Origin: Plasmodiophora brassicae
Lineage: Eukaryota
Reading direction: 5' to 3'
DNA length: 40,821 nt
Assembly: GCA_036867785.1 (NCBI GenBank)
Contig: CP145427.1
Coordinates: 682,001-722,821, forward strand
Below the pieces are notes generated by a model, which ran no database searches, was not told the DNA's origin, and saw only the letters and a program-made list of their open reading frames with translations. Of the stretch, positions 1 to 10,863 are shown in pieces. The translations under genes and the position numbers were made by a program. Within the stretch, counting starts at the first letter, position 1. Each line of letters begins with the position of its first letter.

Positions 1-428
1 GACCGCATCCTCACCAGGGTTGCGGCGGGTAGGCCCCTGCTGGACACGACCATGACGAGCGTGTACAGCGATCGTCCGATGGCGATCGCCTGCTGGCGCT
101 GCGTGCCGATCGGCATGGCCGACGCCGTGCGCTGGACTTCCCGGACGAGCTTGCCGAGGTCCTTGCCGCCGATGCGATCCCTGGACCCGTCCACGCCGGG
201 CTGCTGGAGCAGGTAGACCGCGTACACCCGGTCGTCGTGCGCCAGGCGGCGTAACGCGGGGCGCGGCAGGCCCGGCGACCCAGGCGACAGCACCGGCGCC
301 CAGGGCAGGCCACCGGAGCGAATGGCGCCGTCGTCGCCGCCGAACACGATCATGAGGTACGCGGGGCAGCGGAACACGCGAATGTGTTGACGGCGGGCGG
401 CCGCTGCTTCGGGGCCTGCGCCTGCCAT
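1..428 (-). CDS. 5' part of a hypothetical protein, running off the window edge
   Basis: ATG at 428 opens a stop-free frame to the window edge (MAGAGPEAAAARRQHIRVFRCPAYLMIVFGG...DRVYAVYLLQQPG...). GC-rich codon usage resembles neighbouring genes. No family recognised. Confidence 0.5.
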   Translation of the reverse strand, partial: MAGAGPEAAAARRQHIRVFRCPAYLMIVFGGDDGAIRSGGLPWAPVLSPGSPGLPRPALRRLAHDDRVYAVYLLQQPGVDGSRDRIGGKDLGKLVREVQRTASAMPIGTQRQQAIAIGRSLYTLVMVVSSRGLPAATLVRMR

Positions 429-717
429 TGACTGTCGACACCCGCTTCCGTCGTTGTCGCCGTTGCGAAGCGATTCGATCTCTGGGCGGCCACCAACCGA
501 TATACGGCGGATCCCGAGCGTGACACCCACGACGGCGTCGACGTGAGTCACGACGCGTCGATCTGCACCCATCAACGGAACAGACCTCCAACAACGTCGC
601 CCGCGAGCGCGTAACTGGAATAGAGTTTAATGAATGCCGGCCGGTTCGGCGACGGGCGCCCTGTCACACTGCGACATGCCACACGAAGGTCAGACGGCGC
701 CCATCTCCAGACGCGGA

Positions 718-3700
718 TCACCACCCCCCCGTACCTGAGGTGGACCGTTGCCGCGGGACGTTGATGAAATCGTTGTTGTCGTCATCGATGTCGACGCCGC
801 CGGACTCGTTCCGTGCCTTCTTGGCGGGCGGCTTCAGGTCAATGCTGGGCGCGGACACGCGCTTCTTCCTGATCGACGATTTCCTCGCGGCGCCGTCGTC
901 CGCCATGTCGCCGTTGTTCTTCTTCTCAGCGCCCTTCTCGATCAGACGAACGAGAATGTCGACACGCCGGCCCAGCTCCTGCGGCGACCTGCTCTTGAAG
1001 AAGTAGTCGAACAGGAACAACGGGGACGTTCGGATCGACACGTGCAGGCGGTCCCACTCGCCGTATCCGAATTCGCCTGCGCAAACAGCACCGTTGGGTA
1101 AAGCACTGGATTGCGACGACCACGAGCGGACCTGTCTTGACGAGAAGGTACCGGTCGTTGAGCTCCGTGTACCCTTTGCCCTTGTGCTGCGCGCCGTACT
1201 TGAACTCGAGCTGCGACATCGGGTCGGGACGGCACTGGTTCAGCTTGCGCTCGATGATCGCCTGGACATCGTTGGCGCGCACCAGGCGCCCTTCGCCCTT
1301 CTCGATGGCCTTCACGATCTTCTCCCAGCCGTCCAGCTCGGTGTACCGTGACCAGAACGTCTCGTGGTACGCTCGGACCTGTGTGGGAGTGTCACCGACG
1401 CATGATAAACCGGCCGCGCGTCATGCAGACCTCGTCCTCGGTCTTCGACGGGACCGATTTCGCGATCTGGTCAATGGCGTTGCGCCCGTGGCGTTCTGCG
1501 TGTACCATTCGTTCAGGCCATGTGCCCAGCGAACGCGTTCGAACCATCATACCCATGGCCCGCAGGTACTGGTTGAAGTCGCGCTTGTTCCAGTGCGAAT
1601 ACCCTTCCGCCAGCAGCGCCTCCTTCTCCGCCAGCTCTTCGTCGGTCAGCGCGGGCGGCAATGCGTCAATGTCGGGCGCATCCAGCGACAGCGACCAGCG
1701 CTCCAGCTCCCGTTCCGACAGTTCGATGATGCGGTCGCGACGAAGGAACTGCCCGAGTCTGATCAGGGACAGTGGCAACGGGAACACAGGCGAATGGGCG
1801 CGCGCGCACCTGGAAATCGAACAGCTGGGGCAGACGCTTCGGTCGGGGGACCAGGGACGGCCCCTTGCGCCGCGAGCGCTGGTCCCGTTCCATGACCTCT
1901 TTGTAGTACTGGTCGACGTCATAGCTGGTCCGCGGGCGAACGCGTTCCCGCTTGCCGAGAGCCTCGGACACCTTGTTCAGGAACGCCAGGTCGGATGCGG
2001 CACCGTCGTCTTTGCCACCGGCGCCCGCCAGGGACAGGAACGCGTCGTCGGCCGACGGAGCTGGTCGGACACGACAATGAGCGACGTCGAGTATGGTCAA
2101 GCAGCGTCAGGGACGCACCTTCCTGCCCGGCAACGTCGCCCATGGCGAAGCTGGCCAGCGACGTCCTCTCGAATTCGCCCATCTTGGCCGCTAGCTGCTC
2201 CGTCCGCTCGGCGCCCTTCGACAGGATAATGTCAATGTCCTCGTCGGTGATCGTGGAATCCTTCGACCTGCGACCCCGAAGACGGAAACGTTCACAGACG
2301 GCGGCAGGCAGGCAGCACACGAAAACGGTACGGCGACGTACCGGAACACCTCATCGGCACCGTATCGGATCAGGGCCACCAACTCCCCTTTCGACATCTT
2401 CGTCGACCGGTCGGCCAGGCGCCCTTGCTGGATGACCATGGCGTCCAGCCGGAGTTTCAGTTCGGCGCGCTCGATCACCTTCTCCTCGATCGTGTGCTCC
2501 GTGACAAGCCTGTAGAGAAGTGGCAATCAGCGGCAGGCACGACGGAGCGGTGCAAATGGGGCGGTCCTGACCGGTACACGTGAACAGGCTTCTTCTGCCC
2601 GATGCGATGGGCGCGGTCCTGCGCCTGCAGGTCCATTTGCGGGTTCCAATCGCTGTCGAACAGGATGACGATGTCGGCGGTCTGCAGGTTGATGCCCAGA
2701 CCGCCCGCCCTGGTCGACAGCAGGAAGATGAACTTGGACGACCCTTCGGCATTGAATTCGCGCATCTGCGCATCCCGATCCTCGCTGCTGGTCGACCCAT
2801 CGATCCGGCAGTAGTCGTAGTCCCTGTAGTGGCAGAAGTCCTCCAGGATGTCCAGGACGCGGGTCATCTGCGAGAAGACCAGGACGCGGGAACCAAGGGC
2901 CCGCAGGCGCGGCAGCAGCTTGTCGAGGACAACCTGCCAGGGGCGCGGCGTGTCAGCACGGAGGGGAACCCCACAGGCGACGCCCCACCAGACCATCTTG
3001 CCCGAATTGAGAATCATGTGGTCGCCGTACGCCGGCAGGGACCGGTCCTCGACGCCCTCGAACAGGTACGGGTGGTTGGCCGCCTTCCTCAGCTGCATGA
3101 CGATGTTCAGCAGGCGCTTCGAGGACTTGGTCGACCCCTGGATCGCGTCCATATCGCGAGTGAAGATTGACCGATAGATCTCGCGCTGCAGCGCCGACAT
3201 GCCGACGTACAGCAGCGTCTCCTTCTTCGGCGGGATGTCTTTGGCAACGTCCGTCTGGCAGTGCGTCGTGAGGGACGGGAGCCGCACCGAGGAACGCGGC
3301 GAGATCGGGCCATACCTTCAATCGCCGGAGCAGGAACGGGCGCAGGATGGCGTGCAACTTGGACAGCAGGTTGCTGTGATCCTCCGCGTCGTTGGTGACG
3401 TTCAGGAACGCGTCGAACTCGCTGGCGGAGTCGAACAGGCGCGGCATGAGGAAGTTCAGCAGGGCCCAGAGCTCGTGGAGGTTGTTCTGCAGCGGCGTCC
3501 CGGTGATCAGCAGGCGCGCCTTCGACTGGAACATGCGAAGGACCTGCACCGCCCGGAGTCAGACACAGCAGCAGGGCGGCGCCAGGCATGGGGGAGGCCA
3601 TATCGCACCTGTGACAAGATGGAGCTCTCGTTCTTCAGGCGATGGGCCTCGTCGACGACGAGCAGGTGCCATGGGATCTTCTTGATGGCGCCCTTCTCGC

Positions 3701-4509
3701 GCAGGACCATCTCGTAGCTCGTCACGCAGACGTCGAACGCTCGGGGCGCCAACCGCTCCCGAATCATGTCGGCGCGCTCCTCCCGGTTGCCATGGAAGGC
3801 GAGGACGTCGACGTCCGGGCACCAGCGCGTGAACTCGTTCACCCAGTTGCCCATGGTCGACTTGGGCACCACCATCAGGTGCTGCCCCGTCACGTTGCGG
3901 TACTGGCGCAGGTACGCCACCAGCGAAATCGTCTGCAGTGTCTTGCCCTGCACAGAGCGAGCGCGCGGTCAGACCCGCAGGTGGGGGAACGGACGGCCAG
4001 TGCGGAACGGGGACGGACCAGGCCCATTTCATCGGCAAGGATGCCGTTCACGTTCGTCTCATACAGACGGATCAGCCAGTTCAGGCCGGCCAGTTGGTAC
4101 GACTTCATGGTCCCGCCGACAATGTTCGGCGGCTGCACGTCGAACCGCGGTATGACGGCCATCTCCTCCGTCGCCTCGTCCTGCCAGCAGCACACCGTAT
4201 TGAAACGCCTGGTCACCCGCTGGGGAAACACACACGCCTCGTTACCTTCATGATGACGGCATCTTCTTCCTTCTCCGTCATGCGTCGTCGCGATCGCTGT
4301 CCGGCAGGGCGGGCGGCGGGCGGCGGCGGCGGCGGCGCCGCAAGCTGGTCGTCGAGCCCGGTCAGGGCGGCGCGTGACAACTGCTCCGCCTTGCTCAGGA
4401 TCGTCTCGATCGTGTTGCCGCCGGTCGGCGGCGGCGGCGATGGCGACGCCGCCGCCTTGCTCGTCATCGGCGCCCTGTGGCCGGACGCGCGCCGCGTCGA
4501 GGTCGTCAT
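718..4509 (-). CDS. ISWI: ISWI-family (SNF2) chromatin-remodelling ATPase, multi-exon
   Basis: Spliced exons give [18 protein letters not shown] (Walker A), [10 protein letters not shown] (DEAH), [88 protein letters not shown]-terminal SANT/SLIDE-like segments: WNKRDFNQY and [21 protein letters not shown] 4509, TGA 718-720. Confidence 0.95.
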
Positions 4510-4603
4510 CGGCTGTGTGCGGAGTTGCCGCTGACACACACACACACCAACTGGCGGCCGTGTTTCGGACCGAAATATCCTGTTACATCGCCCCAACAAG
4601 CCG

Positions 4604-5052
4604 CGGCAGCCACTCGGCGGCGACTGGCAGGCGCTGCGTCCGAAGCTGCAGGCGACTACCGTCAACTGCAGACACGCGACTACCGTCAACTGCAGACACG
4701 CGACTACACGGCAGCCACTCGGCGGCGACTGGCAGGCGCTGCGTCCGAAGCTGCAGGCGACTACCGTCAACTGCAGACACGCGACTACCGTCAACTGCAG
4801 ACACGCGACTACACGGCAGCCACTCGGCGGCGACTGGCAGGCGCTGCGTCCGAAGCTGCAGGCGACTACCGTCAACTGCAGACACGCGACTACACGGCAG
4901 CCACTCGGCGGCGACTGGCAGGAGCTGTGTCCGAAGCTGCAGGCGACTACCGTCAACTGCAGACACGCGACTACACGGCAGCCACTCAGCGGCGTCCGAC
5001 AGACGTGTCCGAAGCCGCAGGCGGATACCGTCAGCTGCGAAAGCCCGAGTAC
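4604..5052. repeat. Nested minisatellite (units of 105, 105, 81, 81 bp plus one degenerate unit, with an internal 24-bp subrepeat)
   Basis: CGGCAGCCACTC starts at 4604, 4709, 4814, 4895 and 4976. The subrepeat GCGACTACCGTCAACTGCAGACAC occurs twice in units 1-2 and once in units 3-4. Confidence 0.95.
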
Positions 5053-5193
5053 GTACCGATTCGGCGGCCTACACCACTTGACACTCGCTCCGTTCTACGA
5101 CGGCCGAGCAGCGTGGCTGTACGGCCGGGCTCAGACTCGGGCCACAGGTCGTTTACAACGCGGGCAGGATGGGGCCGGGGCGGACCAGCCCGA

Positions 5194-6719
5194 TCAGTGC
5201 TGTTTGTCGGCGGCGGCGGCGTGGCTGGCCTGCAACTCGCGGGTACGCAGGATGCGCTCCCGGCACTCGGCGGCCTGTGCCGATTCCGACCCCTGCAGCG
5301 TCTCGTAGATCGTCTCCGCCTCCTGGAAGCTGGCGACCGCCACCTGGAACCGGCTACCGAGCGTCTCCACGTCGCCGCGCGTCTTGATCAGGTCGGCGAC
5401 CTGCAGGCTGTTCGGCCCGTGCAGGCGCGATTCCGCCTGTGCGATCGAACGGTCAGGTCACACGTACCGCGCTCTCGGCGATGTTCTGCAGGCACGACCT
5501 TGATCGTCATCGCCAGGTACTGGATCGCGCTGTCGACATTGCGCAGCTTGACGAAGAGCGATGCAATCTGACGGAGCGTCCTGGCGACCTGCGACGACTG
5601 CCGCCCGTGCAGGTTCCGGTAGATCTTCAGCGCCCGCTCGAAGTTGTCGATCGACGCCGTCGGGCTGTCTGTTTCGGCCAGGGCGACGCCCAGGTGGAAC
5701 AGCGCGTCGCCCATCTCCTGCCGGTACACGACCTCGTTCGCCACGCCAACGTTGACCGCCCTGGTCAGCGTCGCCACCGCCTTGCCGACCAGGGCGCCGC
5801 CGGCGTCGTTCAGCGACGACGCCAGCTTCAGGTAGACGCGGCCCAGCGCCAGGAACATGGCCAGCATATCCGGGTGCGTTTCGCTAACGCTCTTCAACTT
5901 CTCGCCGACGGCCGTCTCCAGCGTCGTCGCCGCGTCCCCATAGAATCGTTTCTGCGAGCGCGCGCCCGTTCAGTGCACCCGTTCCGAATGCCAACCCGGA
6001 CGACGCGCCCGCCTACGTTGGTCTGGACGGCAGCGATGGCCACCAGCAGGTCGCACTTCTCGGCGGGCGTCGGCGCCGGCAGCAGCGTCGCCTTGTTCAG
6101 GTGCGGCTCCGCCTTGGCGAACTGCCTCTGGCCGACGTACGCCTGCCCGAGCGTGGCCAGCGCGCTGAACCTGCACCAAGGCAACGGTCGGCGACGGGGT
6201 GGCCATCGGCGGGCGACGCACGAACCGGATTGGGTCGGCGCTGGTCCCGTGATCGCACTGGTCCAGGCGCTCCAGCGCGGCCTGGGCATGTCCCTCGGCC
6301 TGGGGGAACAACCCCTTGCGCAGGTAGGCATGGGCCAGTCGGCAATGCGCCAGGGTCACCTCCGGGTGCAACTTCCCGAAGCAGAGCTGGGCGAGCGCCA
6401 GGCAGTGCGTCCTGCCCAGGACCAGGTTGTCGAAGTCGTGCGCCTCCTCGTACCCGACGCAGCGCACCGCGTGATTCGTCAGGCGCTCCTCGGGCGGCGT
6501 CATGTCGACCGGTTCGACGTCGACGTCCGCGTCCGGGTGCCTGCCGTTCGCCCTTTTCGACGACGGCGACGGCGAGCGCCGGCGCCGCTCGCCGCCCTGC
6601 AGCGACGGCCGCGATCGGCGCTTCGCCGCGTGGTGCCCGCCGAACATGACCGCGGCATGGTTGAACCCCATGCTGCTGTCCAGGCCGATGATGGCGCCCG
6701 ACTTGGAGTGCGAGCTCAT
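5194..6719 (-). CDS. TPR-repeat protein, TTC23/TTC23L-like, 4 exons
   Basis: Spliced product contains HCLALAQLCFGKLHPEVTLAHCRLAHAYLRKGLFPQAEGHA, which resembles my recollection of the TTC23 N-terminal TPR region. Further TPR helices follow (FERALKIYRNLHGRQSSQVARTL). Ends ADKQH-TGA at 5194. Confidence 0.75.
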
Positions 6720-6932
6720 GCGTCTACACGTGGGCCTCTAGGGGCAGACCGCCGCCGATGCCTGCGTCGACCGGTGTGTGTGCGCGCTGATATGCGCTCG
6801 CGATCGGGGCGTGGCGCATGCCCGATGAATATCTCAGCGGCAGGAGCCTTCCCCTCGTCCCAAGAACGACGACGGCGCTGTGTTGCACGCGGCCCGTCGT
6901 GAACCCGGACCAGGCTAATAGCGGAATGGGCT

Positions 6933-7725
6933 TTAATGCAGCGATTGTCGGTTGGGCAGGCGGGGCTCGTTCCTAGCCCGGGCGATAAAGTTACGACAGC
7001 GGAACATGGTCAGCGGGTGTCGGTGGACGTCGCCGGCCAGGCCGTTCAAGCGCGCGCAGACGGTGACGACTGTCGCCGTCTGCGCGGCGTTCAGCCTGCC
7101 GCACGCCCCCGGGAACGTCGCGACCAGGTACACGATGCGATCGTCGCGCCGGCGGGCGACCAGCTCGAAGCAGGCGACGTCATCAGCTCTGGCGTACCTC
7201 GTCAGCGTGCCCTAGACCACGGGCGACGCGTCAGATTGCACATCAAAGGGGGCACGGCCCGCCAGGGCAAGGTGGTACCTCGAACAGGTAGAGCGGCATG
7301 TCACAGGCGACCAGTGTGTACACCAGAATGCCGCCCTTGGCGTCCATCTTGAACAGGACGGACGCCTCCCTGACGTCGTCGGTGTCGTCGGCGATGTCCC
7401 GCGTCTGCACCGCCTCGTCGTCGACGGTCGGCTCGCGGGCGAGGGCGGTCGCCAGGAACGACGTGATGCGTCCGGTGCGGCCGACCAGACGTCGGGGGAC
7501 GCGACTCCATTGCTGGTCGATGCCCGCCTGCAGGGGCGTCGGCGCCTGGAACAACGACGTCGGTAGTACCCGGGACGCCAACCACGGCACAAGCAGGACG
7601 ACGACGACCACGACAGCCATGGCCGGTATCAGGTGCCACGCCTCTGGTAGGGACGGCAGCAGGACGGGCGACGTCAGCGCGCCGACCGCGACCCATAGAA
7701 CAATGTCGGATGACGAGAGCGTCAT
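6933..7725 (-). CDS. Hypothetical membrane protein (two N-terminal hydrophobic segments), 2 exons
   Basis: ATG 7725; IVLWVAVGAL and LIPAMAVVVVVVLLVPWL segments. A GTACC...TCTAG intron joins it in frame to the 6933-7133 ORF. Confidence 0.6.
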
Positions 7726-7942
7726 GGCGGCACCCGTTTAACTTAACTGGCGGGAGAGGCCCAGGACGAACGCTCCCCCAGTTCGACGCAGCGGGCGAAA
7801 CCGTCCCCACCTCCCGCAGCGCAGAACCGTGTTGACTCAACTCCACAGTGATTCATCGGTGACCGCCACACATACGTCGCTGTATTGCCCATTGCCTCTA
7901 AACGGACGACGAACGGGTCCGCCACATCGCAGGCGCACACCA

Positions 7943-9477
7943 TCATTCGCGTTCGTAGACGGCGGCGGCACCCATCCCTGTACGGACAGTATCAGGCGGG
8001 TTGCATGCGTTGGCGTCGACGGCGATGGACGCGTACCGGACCCGATGCACATCGAGACAACGCCAAAGCGGGCCCTGCGTTTCGCCATCTCGTGCAGCAG
8101 AGTCGCCGTCATACGCGAGCCAGTGCATCCGAGCGGGTGACCCAGCGCGATGGCGCCACCGTTGACGTTGACCTTGTCCCAGGACAGACCGAGTTTGTTG
8201 ACACAGTAGGTCGCCTACGGGCAGCAGCTCAGTGGTGTGCTGGGGACCGAGAACCCTGACGACCGGGCCGGTACCTGCGATGCAAACGCCTCGTTGATCT
8301 CGAACAGGTCAACCTGGTTCAGCGACAGGCCGGCCTTCTTGACGGCGGCCGGGATGGCGTACGCCGGGCCGACACCCATGATCTCGGGCGGCACACCGGC
8401 GACCGCGAAGCTGCGCAGCACGCCAATGTGCTTGAGCCCCAGCCGCCTGGCGGTTGCCCTGGACATGAGCAGCGTCGCGGCAGCACCATCGCTGACCTGG
8501 CTGGAGTTCCCGGCAGTGGTCGTCCCGTCTTTCGTGAAGACGGGCTTCAGCGCCGCCAGCGCCTCAGCCGACGTCTCACGAATGCCGTCGTCCTTGCTGA
8601 CGACAACCTTCTTGACGGCACCCGTCTTCGGGTCCTTGACCTCGGTCTCGACAGGGACAATCTCGTCCTTGAAGCGGCCCGTCGCGGTCGCCTTGGCCGC
8701 GCGCGCATGCGATTTCACCGACAGGGCGTCCTGCGTTTGGCGATCGACGCCGAACTGCTTGGCGACGTTGTCGGACGTGATCCCCATCGGGATCATGCAG
8801 TTGCGCGCCTTCGGGTGCTGCTTGGCCGCTAGGTCGATCTTGCCGCCCCATGCCTGCGCGGAAACAATCAGCAGGGGGAGCAGGCGGCGCCGGAAACCGC
8901 GCCCCAGCCTACCATCGCGTCGGTCGTCATGCTCTCCACACCTGCAACGCAATACGCAATGGGATATCCACACACGCGTGCGACATGCGATTCGGCGAAC
9001 CTGCCCCAATGCCGACCTGGATGTACCCGGACTGGATGCTGGACGCGATGTCGGCAATCGCCTGAAGGCCTGCCCACGCGCTGCCGTTACCCCGATTGCC
9101 GTCGACCTCGCAACGAATGGACCGGGCAACGTACCGGAGGAGCACTGCCTGTTGACGGTGCGGACACAGGTCGACTCGGGGAACCCGGCCAGGAACGCGG
9201 CAATGCGGGCCTCGTTGGCGCGCGACGACCCGGGCGCCAGGACGGTGCCGACGGCGATATCCTCGACGAGGGACGGGTCGACGCCCGACGCCTTCAGCAC
9301 GCCGGCCAGCGCCGCCGTCAGCATCGTCGTCGCCGACGTGGACGCGAACGCGCCCCGCTTCGCACGCGTGACCGGCGTGCGCACCGCCGCCACGACCACG
9401 ACGTCGTTGTCGGATCGCCCCGCCGACGACGTCGCCGACACCCCGACCTGATCCATCAGACGACGAGCGCGATCCAT
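7943..9477 (-). CDS. 3-ketoacyl-CoA thiolase (peroxisomal type), multi-exon
   Basis: VNRQCSSG (catalytic Cys), [40 protein letters not shown] and [17 protein letters not shown]. Start [11 protein letters not shown] at 9477. Confidence 0.95.
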
Positions 9478-9765
9478 GTTGACGGCGCCCGACCAAATGT
9501 CAAAATGGCACCGCGCGGTCGTACACACGACGCCAAAGGGGACGCGCAGGCGGGGGGCGTTACGCGGCGCGTGACAGCGGCGCGCGGGTTGCCGCTGCAC
9601 TCCCGCAACAAAAAAAAAAACGCCGGATGTTCCATTTCGGGTGTTGTTTGTTGCGCCTCGTCGTCGACGACCGGTTTGGTCCAGGTTTCGCGTTTTTCTG
9701 GGTCGCTTCGAGACGGGGCCCAGTTGGGCGCGAAGCCGCCGGTTCGTGCAGGCCGCGCGCGCATC

Positions 9766-10750
9766 ATGACGGACGCGGGTCGTCGTCCGTTGCTGGACGT
9801 GTGCGAGGCGCGGTGGCCTGAGTTCGCGGCGCACTGCAGGAAGGAGGTGCCGGGGGCGGATTCCTCATCGCGTATTTTCGTGCTGCGCGGCACCCGCTCC
9901 CCCGTTTGCTGACTTGCTCGCAGGCGTTCGTTTCATATTGTCGCTGGCCGGGTTGTGCTCCGCGAACGACCAGACCGCACTGGACGTTCTCGAGCGTCGC
10001 GTTCAGGAGCATGTTGACGTGCTGCAACGGTTGACTGGCGCGTAGCTCGTCGTGCGATTCATGTGGGTTAATGTCTGCGCGTTCGGCAGGCGCCCTGATC
10101 GCGATATCGCCGACGATCTGCGTGTTCTGTCGTCTGCGTGCGATCGGCATTACAAGGCGCTGACGGGCTGTCACCTATCGTTCCCGCACGACGTTGCGGC
10201 AGCGGCACGTCCGCCCTCGTCGGCCGCTCCAGCAGGCGACGATCTGGACCGAATGTACGACGGTCGCATGTCGCCCGCCTACGTACGCCTGCTGAATCCG
10301 TGTATTGTGCCCAGGCGCGAATCTGTACGCAAGCTGGAGTCGGATGTTCACGGTTTGGACCCTGCGCCCGAGATGGACGTGGAACGGTGGCGGGCCGCGC
10401 TGGACGCCTGTCGAAGCGCCTTGGACGACGCTGGCGATTGCATCAGGCAGTTCTGCGATGCCAGCGACAGCATTGTCGCGGCGAAAGCCCCGACCAGCCG
10501 TATCGGCGAGGTCGCGGATGTCGGCACGTCCCAGGCGATGGGCCCCCTGGTGCTCGCGCTGTCTGAAAGCCTGCGATCGCTATCGACCGTCCTGAACACG
10601 TACGCGACGCTCCGGGCCAACCTCCACGATCTGTCTGTGTGCGCGCCAGACAAGTGCCCGACGTCGATGGCAACGATAGACGTGCTGCACTCTGACGTTG
10701 CTGTTCTGCACGATGCCGTTCGACGCCTGCGACGACAGCCAGTGCACTAA
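9766..10750 (+). CDS. Helical/coiled-coil protein, possibly HAUS augmin subunit 7-like, 3 exons
   Basis: ATG 9766, two short in-frame GT-AG introns, last exon equals ORF to TAA 10750. LLDVCEARWP...SLAGLCSAND and MGPLVLALSESLRSLSTVL resemble HAUS7 segments from memory. The gene is well supported; the family call is tentative. Confidence 0.5.
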
Positions 10751-10863
10751 ATTATTGTGGAGCGGGCGGGGGCCGCTGCGACCCGCATCGCTATGTACGT
10801 GGATCCCGCCTGTACGAGTAGGCGACCGCCGAGTACAGTCGCTGACCGCGGCTTGCCACGTCA

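Noticed and set aside
4604-5052. Repeat array as a CRISPR-like locus
   Set aside because: Units are contiguous with no unique spacers, no cas genes are present, and the context is eukaryotic.
5439-6902. 487-aa plus-strand ORF (also 8237-9451, 19997-21571 and 23964-24947)
   Set aside because: Antisense shadows of well-supported genes on the other strand, as expected at high GC3.
8215-9834. 539-aa ORF as the complete thiolase
   Set aside because: It reads through in-frame introns and upstream sequence. The real start is most likely ATG 9477 and the C-terminus lies in further exons down to 7943.
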